Part shown: positions 50,101 through 57,543 of the stretch, one piece after another | Layout: each line of letters begins with the position of its first letter | How positions within the stretch are numbered: the stretch's first letter is position 1 | Assembly (NCBI GenBank): GCA_965202965.1 | Contig: CBDBCQ010000001.1 | Span: 6,626 to 70,625, forward strand | Reading direction: 5' to 3' | Length of the DNA: 64,000 nt | Origin: Dehalococcoidia bacterium | GTDB lineage: Bacteria > Chloroflexota > Dehalococcoidia > Lucifugimonadales > UBA1123 | Program-made: the position numbers and the translations under genes | The notes under the pieces: model-generated | Seen by the model: only the letters and a program-made list of their open reading frames with translations | What the model was told of the DNA's origin: nothing | Databases searched by the model: none

Positions 50101-53008
50101 GGACGACTGGACGACCCTCCCCAACCCGGCGACCACCAGCGGGGATGACGCTTCCATAGACCTTACAGGACTTCAGGAGCAGACGACCTACGAGGTGGCG
50201 GTTGCGCTCTCGGAAGACTTCAGCGGCACGGTCAAGAAATCGTTCACCACGCTGCCTCCGCCGAGCCTGTCAGGCGTGGGCATAGGCAGTATCACACAGA
50301 CATCTGCCGTCGCAACCGTGAGTATTGCCAACGCCGGTTCCGGCCAGAAGACGGCGCTCCTGCAGCACCGAGAATTCGGAGAGAGCGAATGGATCGAGTC
50401 CGAGAGCAAGACGACCAGTGGCGCGAGCGTCACGTTCAATCTCACCGGACTCGATCCCGGGACGAACTATGAGGTGAAGGCATATCTAAGCGCCGACCCT
50501 GACACGCCCAGGTATGTGGTATTCGTCACGCTGTCGCCAGGGGCCAGCGTGGATGATAGTGTCAGCGTGGCTGGTGTCAGCGTTGGAAGTATCACCCAGA
50601 CGTCGGCGGTCGCGACCGTGAGCGTCGCCCACCCGGGCACTGCACAGAATACCGTGCATCTGCGCTACCGCAAGTTCGGCGAAAGCGAATGGGTTTCGAA
50701 TGCGACCAAGACTGCTGCGGGCGCGAGCGTGCCTTTCGGCCTTTCGGAGTTGGCTCCGAAAACGAAGTACGAGGTGGAGGCTTCACTCAGCAGCGACTTC
50801 TCAGATGCCGAGTCGGCTACATTCACGACGCTGGCGCTTGACCCGCTCATATCGGGTGTGAGAGTGGATAACATAGCGCAGACCACGGCCACCGCGATAG
50901 TGACGATAGCAAACGCTGATGACGCTTCGCAGACCGTCCACACGCGCTATCGCGCGACAACGCCGCAGGGCGAGTGGAGCGCCGCTCAGACGACAACCAG
51001 CATCACCTCCACAGCCGAAATCAGTCTGTCCGGCCTCACTGCCGACACGGAGTACGAAGTTGAGGTGTCTCTGACAGACGACTTTGGCGTGTCACGGACA
51101 GCCACCTTCAGGACCCTGTCGTCCGGAACCCCGCTGCCCGATCCTGTGGTATCGAAGATCAGCGTCAACAATATCGCGCAGACGACGGCCACAGCATCGA
51201 TCGGCATCGCAAACGCAGACGGTGAGGAGCAGACTGTGCGCCTGCGCTATCGCACGGCCACGCACGGAGCCAATTGGGGCGAAGCACAGACGGCTACGAG
51301 CAGGACCGGCAGTGCGAGCATCGACCTGACAGGTCTCGCTCAAGGTGCAAGGTACGAAGTTCAGGCTTCACTGGACGATTCGTTCCCCACGAATCGCACA
51401 AAGTACACCGTCTTCACGACGCTGAGGTATCCGAGCATAGCCTCCGTTGAGGCAAGGAACGTCGGCAGAAATGCAGCGACCATAAGAGCCACCATAGCGG
51501 ACTCGCACGGTGAGGCGCAGACGGTCTATATCCGGCATCGCCGGACGAGCAGCAGCGCCTGGAGAACCACGCACCAGAAAGACTCCGTGAATGACGTTGC
51601 GAGTCTGAGCCTCGGTGGCTTGTCCTCGGGAACCGAATACATCGCTGAGGCGTCTCTCGACGACTCCTTCCCGTCGGATGAGACGAAATCCGTTACGTTC
51701 ACGACCAAGGATACGGCCGAGGATGACACTACCGAGGATCCGCCCAAAGACACCTCCAAGAAACGCGGGGATGGCGACGACGGAGCTTCAGGCAGGAGTG
51801 GCACTGTTCAGGCAGCTCAAGCAGCGAACGTACCATTGCTGGGCTTCTCGCCATTGATGCTCACGTTCACCGCGGTCGAGGGCGGTGACAACCCATCGCC
51901 TCAAACCTTCCAGGTCTGGAGCAGGTCGTCAGGGGCGATGACCTTCACCCTGTCGCACTCCGAAGAGTGGCTCTCTCAGGAGCCGCTGACGGGCAGGTCC
52001 AACGGGCCTGATAATCCCGTGACCATCACCGCATCGGTTGACTCGTCAGGCCTGGCGTCGGGTCAATACGTGGACGTCATCAACATAGACGTGAGTTCAT
52101 CGAGCGAGGCTTCCGGGCAGATCAATGTGACGCTGGACGTGTTGCCTCCGGATTATGTAAGGCAGTTTGTCTCACGGGCCGAAGGCGGGGTTGTGATGCT
52201 GCCGGACGGCACCGTGAAGATAGTGGTTCCGCCGCTTGCGCCACCAAAGGACGTGGACATCGAGCTGATGAAGGTGGACCCGCAGGCGCATGGCGCGCCC
52301 CCGGAAGAGCAGGAACGCGTGGTTGTGGCGATAGACTCGAACACATACTCGCCGGGCGGAGACATGCCGGAGGACGTCGCCTACTCTCCCAATGTGGAGC
52401 TGTGGATATTGCTGACTGACGGTGAATCTATCGCCTGCGCTGAAGGCAGAGCCAAGGTGTATGAGGTTGTGTCCGGGGACTGGAGACTCGTTGAACATCG
52501 CTGCGAGACGGACGAGTCGGGCAACGTGTGGATTGTGAGTGAAATCGATAGGCTTGGCGCATTTGCGCTGGTGATAGATGACTCTCCCGTGCCACCAGCA
52601 CCCGTAGCAGCGGCGGTTGTGCCTGCAGCGACGCCAACGCCTGCGGCGACGCCAATCACAGTTCTCACTGTGCCTCAGGGGACTGCGGTGCAGCGCACTT
52701 CACTGCCCGCGCTGGCTCCGACACCGACACCGACTCAGGTGCCAACTCCGCTGCCGATTCCCAGCAGGAAGACGGTGGCCGCGTCTGTATCATTCGTACC
52801 CACGCCAACGCCGACCGCGGTAGCAGCACCCACGCAGAGTTCAATGCCAGTGCTGCAGGCATCGACTGTCGCGCAAAGTTCCGGTGGATTTGATTGGATG
52901 ATACTTGCCGCTCTCGGAGTGTTTCTTCTTGGCGGCGCATTTATTGTCTTGTTCCTCGTTTACCGTAGGAGGCGGCGCTGGCGGCGCTATGTCGGACAAT
53001 ATCAGTAG
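47132..53008 (+). CDS. Giant membrane-anchored surface protein: signal peptide, DUF4114-like N domain, 14 tandem FN3-like modules, BACON-like domain, Pro/Thr linker, C-terminal TM anchor
   Basis: Signal ...AIALLATSRAYAQQ and YEDYIDGDFNDAVILL. There are 14 modules of 98-105 aa (pattern S.S.VS...I.QT.A.A.V.I......QTV.LRYR....W......T......L.GL...T.YEV.A.L). The BACON-like block is LLGFSPLMLTFTAVEGGDNPSPQTFQVWS. It ends WMILAALGVFLLGGAFIVLFLVYRRRRRWRRYVGQYQ. The probable start is the ATG at 47144 (GGAGGG upstream). Confidence 0.85.
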   Translation: MWRAMNSHNHAMTTATRLTACALLIAVALAIALLATSRAYAQQSCTKVTMIYAEAHNTLYMIDGGGNRLVDVQSGNSLSNRQVNSSIVVWGTPSRIGIEISHTGATKYNYRSNVIQSGDRGYEDYIDGDFNDAVILLTSVICPAGVTPPRRVSTPTRPRTAQANTAPSISSVSADNIAKTTARAVVEIADHDGTELTVNLRYQEKAEAQDWPNAHTDTATSSASPATKSLDNLTPGTEYVLQASLDAAFPAEGTKEHTFTTERPPSISSVSADNIAKTTARAVVEIADHDGTELTVNLRYQEKAEAQDWPNAHTDTATSSASPATKSLDNLTPGTEYVLQASLDAAFPAEGTKEHTFTTERPPSISSVSADNIAKTTARAVVEIADHDGTELTVNLRYQEKAEAQDWPNAHTDTATSSASPATKSLDNLTPGTEYVLQASLDAAFPAEGTKEHTFTTERPPSISSVSADNIAKTTARAVVEIADHDGTELTVNLRYQEKAEAQDWPNAHTDTATSSASPATKSLDNLTPGTEYVLQASLDAAFPAEGTKEHTFTTERPPSISSVSVGDVGQTSAVATVSIADSDGSTQTVKLQYREKDATPVEEWSTRPVQSESSTGATARIDLSGLTANTRYEVQAWLGSDETVKVAVEFRTLPPDPSLSGVSIGSITQTSAVATVSIADSDGSTQTVKLQYREKDATPVEEWSTRPVQSESSTGATARIDLSGLTANTRYEVQAWLGSDETVKVTVEFRTLPDPSLSGVSIGSITQTSAVATVSITDAGSAQKTVYMSFRKFGDTEWSEAGPKTTRGANVAYDLTALEPETTYGVKAHLKADLHTFKHAIFTTLSPEPEPEPSVSGISFGSITQTTAVATVNIADAGSAQKTVRLRYRVNGATTWTTESSQNTGGASKAFSLDGLTAGTTYEVQAWLDLTMPPAGTTTYTFDTLVNPPSISDLSFEDIEQTSATVMVEISDAGTGEKEVFLRFRIQGEDDWTTLPNPATTSGDDASIDLTGLQEQTTYEVAVALSEDFSGTVKKSFTTLPPPSLSGVGIGSITQTSAVATVSIANAGSGQKTALLQHREFGESEWIESESKTTSGASVTFNLTGLDPGTNYEVKAYLSADPDTPRYVVFVTLSPGASVDDSVSVAGVSVGSITQTSAVATVSVAHPGTAQNTVHLRYRKFGESEWVSNATKTAAGASVPFGLSELAPKTKYEVEASLSSDFSDAESATFTTLALDPLISGVRVDNIAQTTATAIVTIANADDASQTVHTRYRATTPQGEWSAAQTTTSITSTAEISLSGLTADTEYEVEVSLTDDFGVSRTATFRTLSSGTPLPDPVVSKISVNNIAQTTATASIGIANADGEEQTVRLRYRTATHGANWGEAQTATSRTGSASIDLTGLAQGARYEVQASLDDSFPTNRTKYTVFTTLRYPSIASVEARNVGRNAATIRATIADSHGEAQTVYIRHRRTSSSAWRTTHQKDSVNDVASLSLGGLSSGTEYIAEASLDDSFPSDETKSVTFTTKDTAEDDTTEDPPKDTSKKRGDGDDGASGRSGTVQAAQAANVPLLGFSPLMLTFTAVEGGDNPSPQTFQVWSRSSGAMTFTLSHSEEWLSQEPLTGRSNGPDNPVTITASVDSSGLASGQYVDVINIDVSSSSEASGQINVTLDVLPPDYVRQFVSRAEGGVVMLPDGTVKIVVPPLAPPKDVDIELMKVDPQAHGAPPEEQERVVVAIDSNTYSPGGDMPEDVAYSPNVELWILLTDGESIACAEGRAKVYEVVSGDWRLVEHRCETDESGNVWIVSEIDRLGAFALVIDDSPVPPAPVAAAVVPAATPTPAATPITVLTVPQGTAVQRTSLPALAPTPTPTQVPTPLPIPSRKTVAASVSFVPTPTPTAVAAPTQSSMPVLQASTVAQSSGGFDWMILAALGVFLLGGAFIVLFLVYRRRRRWRRYVGQYQ
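47630..48805 (+). repeat. Four near-identical 294-bp tandem repeats (coding, FN3-like modules 1-4)
   Basis: CCCAGCATATCGTCGGTCAGTGCGGAC recurs at 47630, 47924, 48218 and 48512. The antisense shadow ORFs in the track are also spaced exactly 294 nt apart. Confidence 0.95.
48806..49400 (+). repeat. Two near-identical ~297-bp tandem repeats (modules 5-6)
   Basis: GTGAGCATCGCCGACTCAGACGGCAGCACACAGACAGTCAAGCTGCAATATCGCGAG occurs at 48863 and 49160. Confidence 0.9.
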
Positions 53009-53060
53009 AAGAAGATTTGTGGAATGAGACAATTTCACAAATGAAGTTTCCCGTATCGTT

Positions 53061-54266
53061 CTACTCTTTCGGAGCGGAGCCGAGAACCCTGTATATCCTG
53101 TCGGCGGTGCGCTCCGATACCGGCAGCACCTCGACCACTACGCGCGAAAGCCCCACGACCTCCCCCTGCTCGTCGAAGCTGTAATTGTCGCCGATCGCGC
53201 CGCTCCATGTGATGTCGTAGAGGCAGTCGCGGAAGCCGTCAGCGTCCTGGTCGTCCTGCGTCTGCTTCAGGCACTCGGCGGCGATGAAGACGGTGTCGTA
53301 CACGGATCCCATGTGCCACGGGAAGACTACATAGCCGTAGCGTTCCCTGAAGTTGGCAACGACCTTCTGCCCCTTGCCGTTCGCGGGATCGAGGTCGGCG
53401 GTGATTGCCTTGAGGCCGGTCGCGGCCTCTCCTGCTATTTCCATTGAGGTCGCGCCGACGGTGACGGTCTCCGCGTAGATGGGGCCTTCGTAGCCGATCT
53501 CGCGCGCCTGCTTGATGATGGTGCCGGCCGTGAACTCGGACTGCGGCGCAATGTGCAGGGCGTCAGGGTTGGCGGCGAACAGTTTTTCGAGCTGAGTGCG
53601 GAAGTCGGTTACATCGGACGAGAATCGCTCTTCAGCCACCACTTCGCCGCCGCGCTTGAGGAACTGCCCCACGGATGTGCGCCTCACGCCCTCCGCATAG
53701 TCGGTCGCTTCCGTGATGGTCGCCAGCCTGCTGATGCCGTCTGCCCATAGGGTGTTGCCGGTGTCTATGCCGGTATATACATCGCTAATCTGGGTGCGGA
53801 AGATGTAGTCACCCGCATTGGCGATGTCAGGGTTTGCCGCCATCCCGGAGAACAGGATGGTGCCATCCGCCTCCGCGAGCGGAGCAGCGCCCAGCATCGC
53901 GCCGCTGCACGAGGTGCCGAGGATAATCTTGACGCCGTCCACGTCGGTCAGCTTGCGGTAGGCGGCGATTGCGCCCTGCGCGCTGCACTGCGAGTCCTCG
54001 ACGACGAACTCCAGCGGGCGTCCGTTGATGCCGCCCCCCGCGTTGATCTCGTCAAGCGCCATCTGCTTTGCCTGGTTCGCCATAACGCCGTAGGTCTCGC
54101 CGGGACCGGTCAGCGACTCCATCACGCCGATGCGGTAGGGAGCCTGCGCGTCTTCGCCGCCGCAAGCGATGAGGGCAATCAGGAGGATGGGCAGCACGGC
54201 AAGTGCGATGAAGAGTCTGATATGCGGGGTTGGCACGATGATTTTTCTCCAGTGTCCGTATGTCAC
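53061..54266 (-). CDS. ABC-transporter periplasmic substrate-binding lipoprotein, branched-chain amino acid (LivJ/Peripla_BP_6) type
   Basis: Lipobox LLIALIACGGED. Diagnostic sequence YRIGVMESLTGPGETYGVMANQAKQMALDEINAGGGINGRPLEFVVEDSQCSAQGA...VKIILGTSCSG. Confidence 0.8.
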   Translation of the reverse strand: MTYGHWRKIIVPTPHIRLFIALAVLPILLIALIACGGEDAQAPYRIGVMESLTGPGETYGVMANQAKQMALDEINAGGGINGRPLEFVVEDSQCSAQGAIAAYRKLTDVDGVKIILGTSCSGAMLGAAPLAEADGTILFSGMAANPDIANAGDYIFRTQISDVYTGIDTGNTLWADGISRLATITEATDYAEGVRRTSVGQFLKRGGEVVAEERFSSDVTDFRTQLEKLFAANPDALHIAPQSEFTAGTIIKQAREIGYEGPIYAETVTVGATSMEIAGEAATGLKAITADLDPANGKGQKVVANFRERYGYVVFPWHMGSVYDTVFIAAECLKQTQDDQDADGFRDCLYDITWSGAIGDNYSFDEQGEVVGLSRVVVEVLPVSERTADRIYRVLGSAPKE

Positions 54267-54517
54267 CTCTGCATAATATAGAGCAAATGCGACTGCACAG
54301 GAATATATTTTTGCACAGGGAGATCAATGATGGGTGAAACGAAAGGCGAGCGGCGAGAGCGGAAGCGCAGGAAGAAGCGCTACGGGCACAAGGTGAGCGG
54401 GCGCAGTATGCAGACGCTGCAGCGGATTATTGTGGAGAGGTCCGAGGGGGAGCGGGCGCGGGAGGGGTTGGCAGCAGTTGACTGATAAGTAGTTTATAGA
54501 TGACAAGAGTTGTTGTT

Positions 54518-55815
54518 GGGAATTACATACTTTACTAGACGCCCCACCATTGACCGACATATGTTCTGCATAAATGGTAAAATAGATGCATGCCATCGAT
54601 TCACAGAACACAGCAGCACCGAGCATATACGAGCGCATCCGGATACGACCGGTTGGACGATGTAATGACCAACTGCGCACGCCTGTACAACGCCGCACTG
54701 GAAGAGTGGCGCACGGCATTCCGGCAGGCAGGCGTCGGCCTCACGATGTACGACCAGATGAAAGAACTGACAGGCGTTCGCCAGGACGATCCCGACTTCT
54801 GGGGAGCGCTGTCCCTGCAGGTAGGGCGTGGAGTCCTGCGCCGACTGGAGCGCGCGCGTCAGTCGTTCTTCAGGCGTGTCAAGGCAGGAGATAAGCCAGG
54901 CTATCCCCGGTTCAAGCCAAGCCGAAAGTGGCACACGATAGAGCTTGCCGAGGTAAGCGGAGCGATGGTGAGGAAGAGAGGTGAGTGCTACACCGTCAGG
55001 GTGAAGGGCCTGCCCGTTCTCCGGCTGCGTAAAGGTGTTGAGCTGGGGCCTGCTGAGAACCTGAAGGCTCTGAGCATCACAAGACGCGGACGCCGGCTGT
55101 TCGTCAACCTGACCTATGTGGAAGAGCGTCAGCCGTTGCATTCGAGCAGCGCTGCGGTCGGGATAGACCTGGGCGTGTCAGACCGTCTTGCCCTGTCCAC
55201 AGGGGAGCGTATCGGCAGGAGGCGAAAGCCCAACGGGAAGCTCAGGCGGGCGCAGCAGAGGCTGTCACGCTGCACAAAGGGCAGTCGCAGATGGAAGAGA
55301 CGCAGAGCGATACTGTCCAATCAGCAGCATCGGGAGCGTGTTCGCAACCGTAACGCCTGCCACGAGATGACGACGGAGTTGGTCAGGCGCTTCGGGCTGA
55401 TTGCGATAGAGGACCTGAAAGTCAGGAATATGTCGGCGTCGGCGAAGGGCACTCTGGAGTGTCCTGGCAGGAATGTCGCTCAGAAGTCAGGTCTCAACAG
55501 GAGCATACTTGAGCAGTCCTGGGGGATGATACGGCAGCAGTTGACCTACAAGGCAGGGTGCGCTGGTAGGGAACTGGTTGTCGTTGACCCCGCGTACACG
55601 AGTCAGACCTGTTCTGGTTGTGGCAACGTCAGCAGGGACGCTCGTTCTGGAAAGAGATATAGTTGCGCCTTATGCGGTCTGGAGATGGACGCGGATGTGA
55701 ACGCGTCGTCGAACATTCTGCATAGGGCTCTGGCGGCTGGGAATATCGCCGCCGCCGCGCTTGACGCGGCATAACTGCTTCTCGCTTGACCTCTCAAGTA
55801 GAGTATGTAATTCCC
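54518..55815 (+). mobile_element. 1298-bp TnpB-only element with 14-bp perfect TIRs and flanking 8-bp direct repeats
   Basis: GGGAATTACATACT at 54518-54531 and AGTATGTAATTCCC at 55802-55815. TTGTTGTT lies immediately outside both ends (54510-54517 and 55816-55823). Confidence 0.8.
54590..55774 (+). CDS. tnpB: TnpB (IS605 OrfB family), catalytic motifs intact
   Basis: VGIDLGVSD, IAIEDLKVRNM, CSGCG...CALCG and MDADVNASSNIL. Confidence 0.9.
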   Translation: MPSIHRTQQHRAYTSASGYDRLDDVMTNCARLYNAALEEWRTAFRQAGVGLTMYDQMKELTGVRQDDPDFWGALSLQVGRGVLRRLERARQSFFRRVKAGDKPGYPRFKPSRKWHTIELAEVSGAMVRKRGECYTVRVKGLPVLRLRKGVELGPAENLKALSITRRGRRLFVNLTYVEERQPLHSSSAAVGIDLGVSDRLALSTGERIGRRRKPNGKLRRAQQRLSRCTKGSRRWKRRRAILSNQQHRERVRNRNACHEMTTELVRRFGLIAIEDLKVRNMSASAKGTLECPGRNVAQKSGLNRSILEQSWGMIRQQLTYKAGCAGRELVVVDPAYTSQTCSGCGNVSRDARSGKRYSCALCGLEMDADVNASSNILHRALAAGNIAAAALDAA

Positions 55816-55970
55816 TTGTTGTTTGTATCAGGCGCAGCAATGACCTTGGTTTGGTACAATAGTTCCATGCCAGGCAAAGACAACCTGACTTTCACCTACA
55901 AGACTCGCATCAGCGGCAACTGTTGCTAACCCCGAATCCTCATTGGATTGGCCTGCTGGTAGTCTCCTTG

Positions 55971-56000
55971 TTGACACTTTCTCCTTACCTGCCATAATAT
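55971..56000 (+). promoter_or_regulatory. Sigma70-like promoter of the second vapBC operon
   Basis: TTGACA at 55971-55976 and a CATAAT/ATAATA -10 at 55993-55999 (16-17 nt spacer). AGGAGG lies at 56014-56019, 5 nt before the ATG at 56025. Confidence 0.6.
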
Positions 56001-56024
56001 CACCGTAAGGAACAGGAGGTCTCC

Positions 56025-56267
56025 ATGCTACTGAAAGTAACCGCAAAGCGACAGGTCACATTCCCTGCTCGCGTCCTGGATTCGCTGGGCGTCAGGCAGG
56101 GAGACCGGATCGAGCTGATAGAGGGTCCCGACGGATACATACTGCGACCAAGACGCATAGACTACTCACGCCTGGGCACGCTCAGGGACAAGATTCCCGA
56201 AGGACATCCGACCTTTGACATCAGGAAGTTCAGGGAGAAGCCCTATGACCCAACCCTACGGGATTGA
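56025..56267 (+). CDS. vapB: AbrB/SpoVT-fold antitoxin
   Basis: MLLKVTAKRQVTFPARVLDSLGVRQGDRIELIEGPDGYILRP. Confidence 0.85.
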   Translation: MLLKVTAKRQVTFPARVLDSLGVRQGDRIELIEGPDGYILRPRRIDYSRLGTLRDKIPEGHPTFDIRKFREKPYDPTLRD

Positions 56268-56640
56268 TACGTCCGTCCTCGTCAGGCTGGTTACGGCAGA
56301 GCCGGAACGCGACTTTCAGCACTGCGTTGACGAGCTTCGCGTCCTGATCGAGCAAGACGCGGAGACATTCGCCTCGAACCAGGTCATCGGCGAGGCCTAC
56401 ATCGTGCTTCAGCAGCACTACGATATATCGTCGGATGATGCCCGCTCCGCGCTAGTCGATGTTCTGACAAGCGGAATGGTAGCCCCGATGAACGGGCAGA
56501 CGGTCATTTCGGCGCTGGAAGAGTCCGGGGGCCCAGGCGTGTTCGACCGGCTGATTGCCGACGGCTACACGCATGCGGGCATGGAGACGCTGACACTTGA
56601 CAGGCAGATGGCACGGCTTTCAGGAGTCAGCAGGCTATGA
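56245..56640 (+). CDS. vapC: PIN-domain toxin VapC
   Basis: MTQPYGIDTSVLVRLVTAEPE... A start at 56245 is preferred over the track's 56215. It overlaps the end of the antitoxin gene. Confidence 0.8.
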   Translation: MTQPYGIDTSVLVRLVTAEPERDFQHCVDELRVLIEQDAETFASNQVIGEAYIVLQQHYDISSDDARSALVDVLTSGMVAPMNGQTVISALEESGGPGVFDRLIADGYTHAGMETLTLDRQMARLSGVSRL

Positions 56641-57234
56641 GCAAGGAGAAACAGAACAGGACGCATCGTCAGCGACGCTCGGCATCAACGGATAAGTACA
56701 TGGCCGAAAAGCCCGTGCTCGATGATGTCTGGCCGGTCCACTCGGCGGGCGGTTGGCCGCAAGACGTGTCCCTCGACCGCGGCGACATCTATGAAGGCAG
56801 GACGTAAGCGGTTTCGCGCGTCGCCAGGAGTAGGCAGATGTCCCGCTATGAGACGCTTCTCAACCAGGCGGTCGCAGCGTCATGATGTGACCCTGGCCAG
56901 TTTGTGACCCTGGTCAGTTTGGCATCCGAGGCCTGAGGTCCATGTGGTGGAACTGGGAAGGATCATCCCGTGCCTTGAGCCGGTCGCGCGCCCGGTTCTG
57001 GTACAATGCTCCCGGCGTGATGGAGACTGGACTTAATGTTATAGGGAACGGGCTACCCGTTTCCTTCCTTCCCATCGCGCCAGCCTCTTATCCTTCAGAC
57101 CAGCCACTCAAGAGCCTTGAGTGCCTTCTTTTCCCTTGTGGTAACACACCGGTATGGACGGTGACTTCCAGCATCTGTGCATTTGCACGGCCTACAGTGG
57201 AGCCCCTTGCGCGTCTCGCCTCTAATTCACTCCC

Positions 57235-57329
57235 GATAAAAATTCGTTGATGAATGTTACACATCAATGATTTCCGAGTAGAGGTCGCTAGGCAACCTTA
57301 CGCTCAACGTTCATCAAGGAATTTTTATC
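57235..57329. repeat. 95-bp AT-rich unit bounded by a 20-bp inverted repeat (MITE-like)
   Basis: GATAAAAATTCGTTGATGAA (57235-57254) against TTCATCAAGGAATTTTTATC (57310-57329): 19 of 20 positions are complementary. Confidence 0.7.
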
Positions 57330-57543
57330 AGTTAATTCTGAATAGAGCAGAGATCATCCCAAAGACTAGCTGGAAATACTTTTCCAAAGACAAGCGATTT
57401 CGGATAGTGCTTCTTTATTGCGTGGTGGGTGCGGTGCTACTCTTCTCGCCCTAACTATCTCTTCTATGAACAAGTCCATCAGGGCAACTTCGATTCGGCC
57501 GCTGTCACAACGAACAGATCACTCTTCTATACGAGTTCCCTCT

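Noticed and set aside
53019-53041. Short AT-rich hairpin (ATTTGTG...CACAAAT) between convergent genes as a bidirectional terminator.
   Set aside because: The stem is only 7 bp and AT-rich, and no clear U-tracts follow it. The evidence is too weak to annotate.
56637-56807. 56-aa ORF (MSKEKQNRTHRQRRSASTDKYMAEKPVLDDVWPVHSAGGWPQDVSLDRGDIYEGRT) overlapping the vapC stop by ATGA.
   Set aside because: It is plausibly a third small gene of the TA operon, but it falls below the ORF-track threshold, no family is recognisable and no independent support exists. It is left unannotated.
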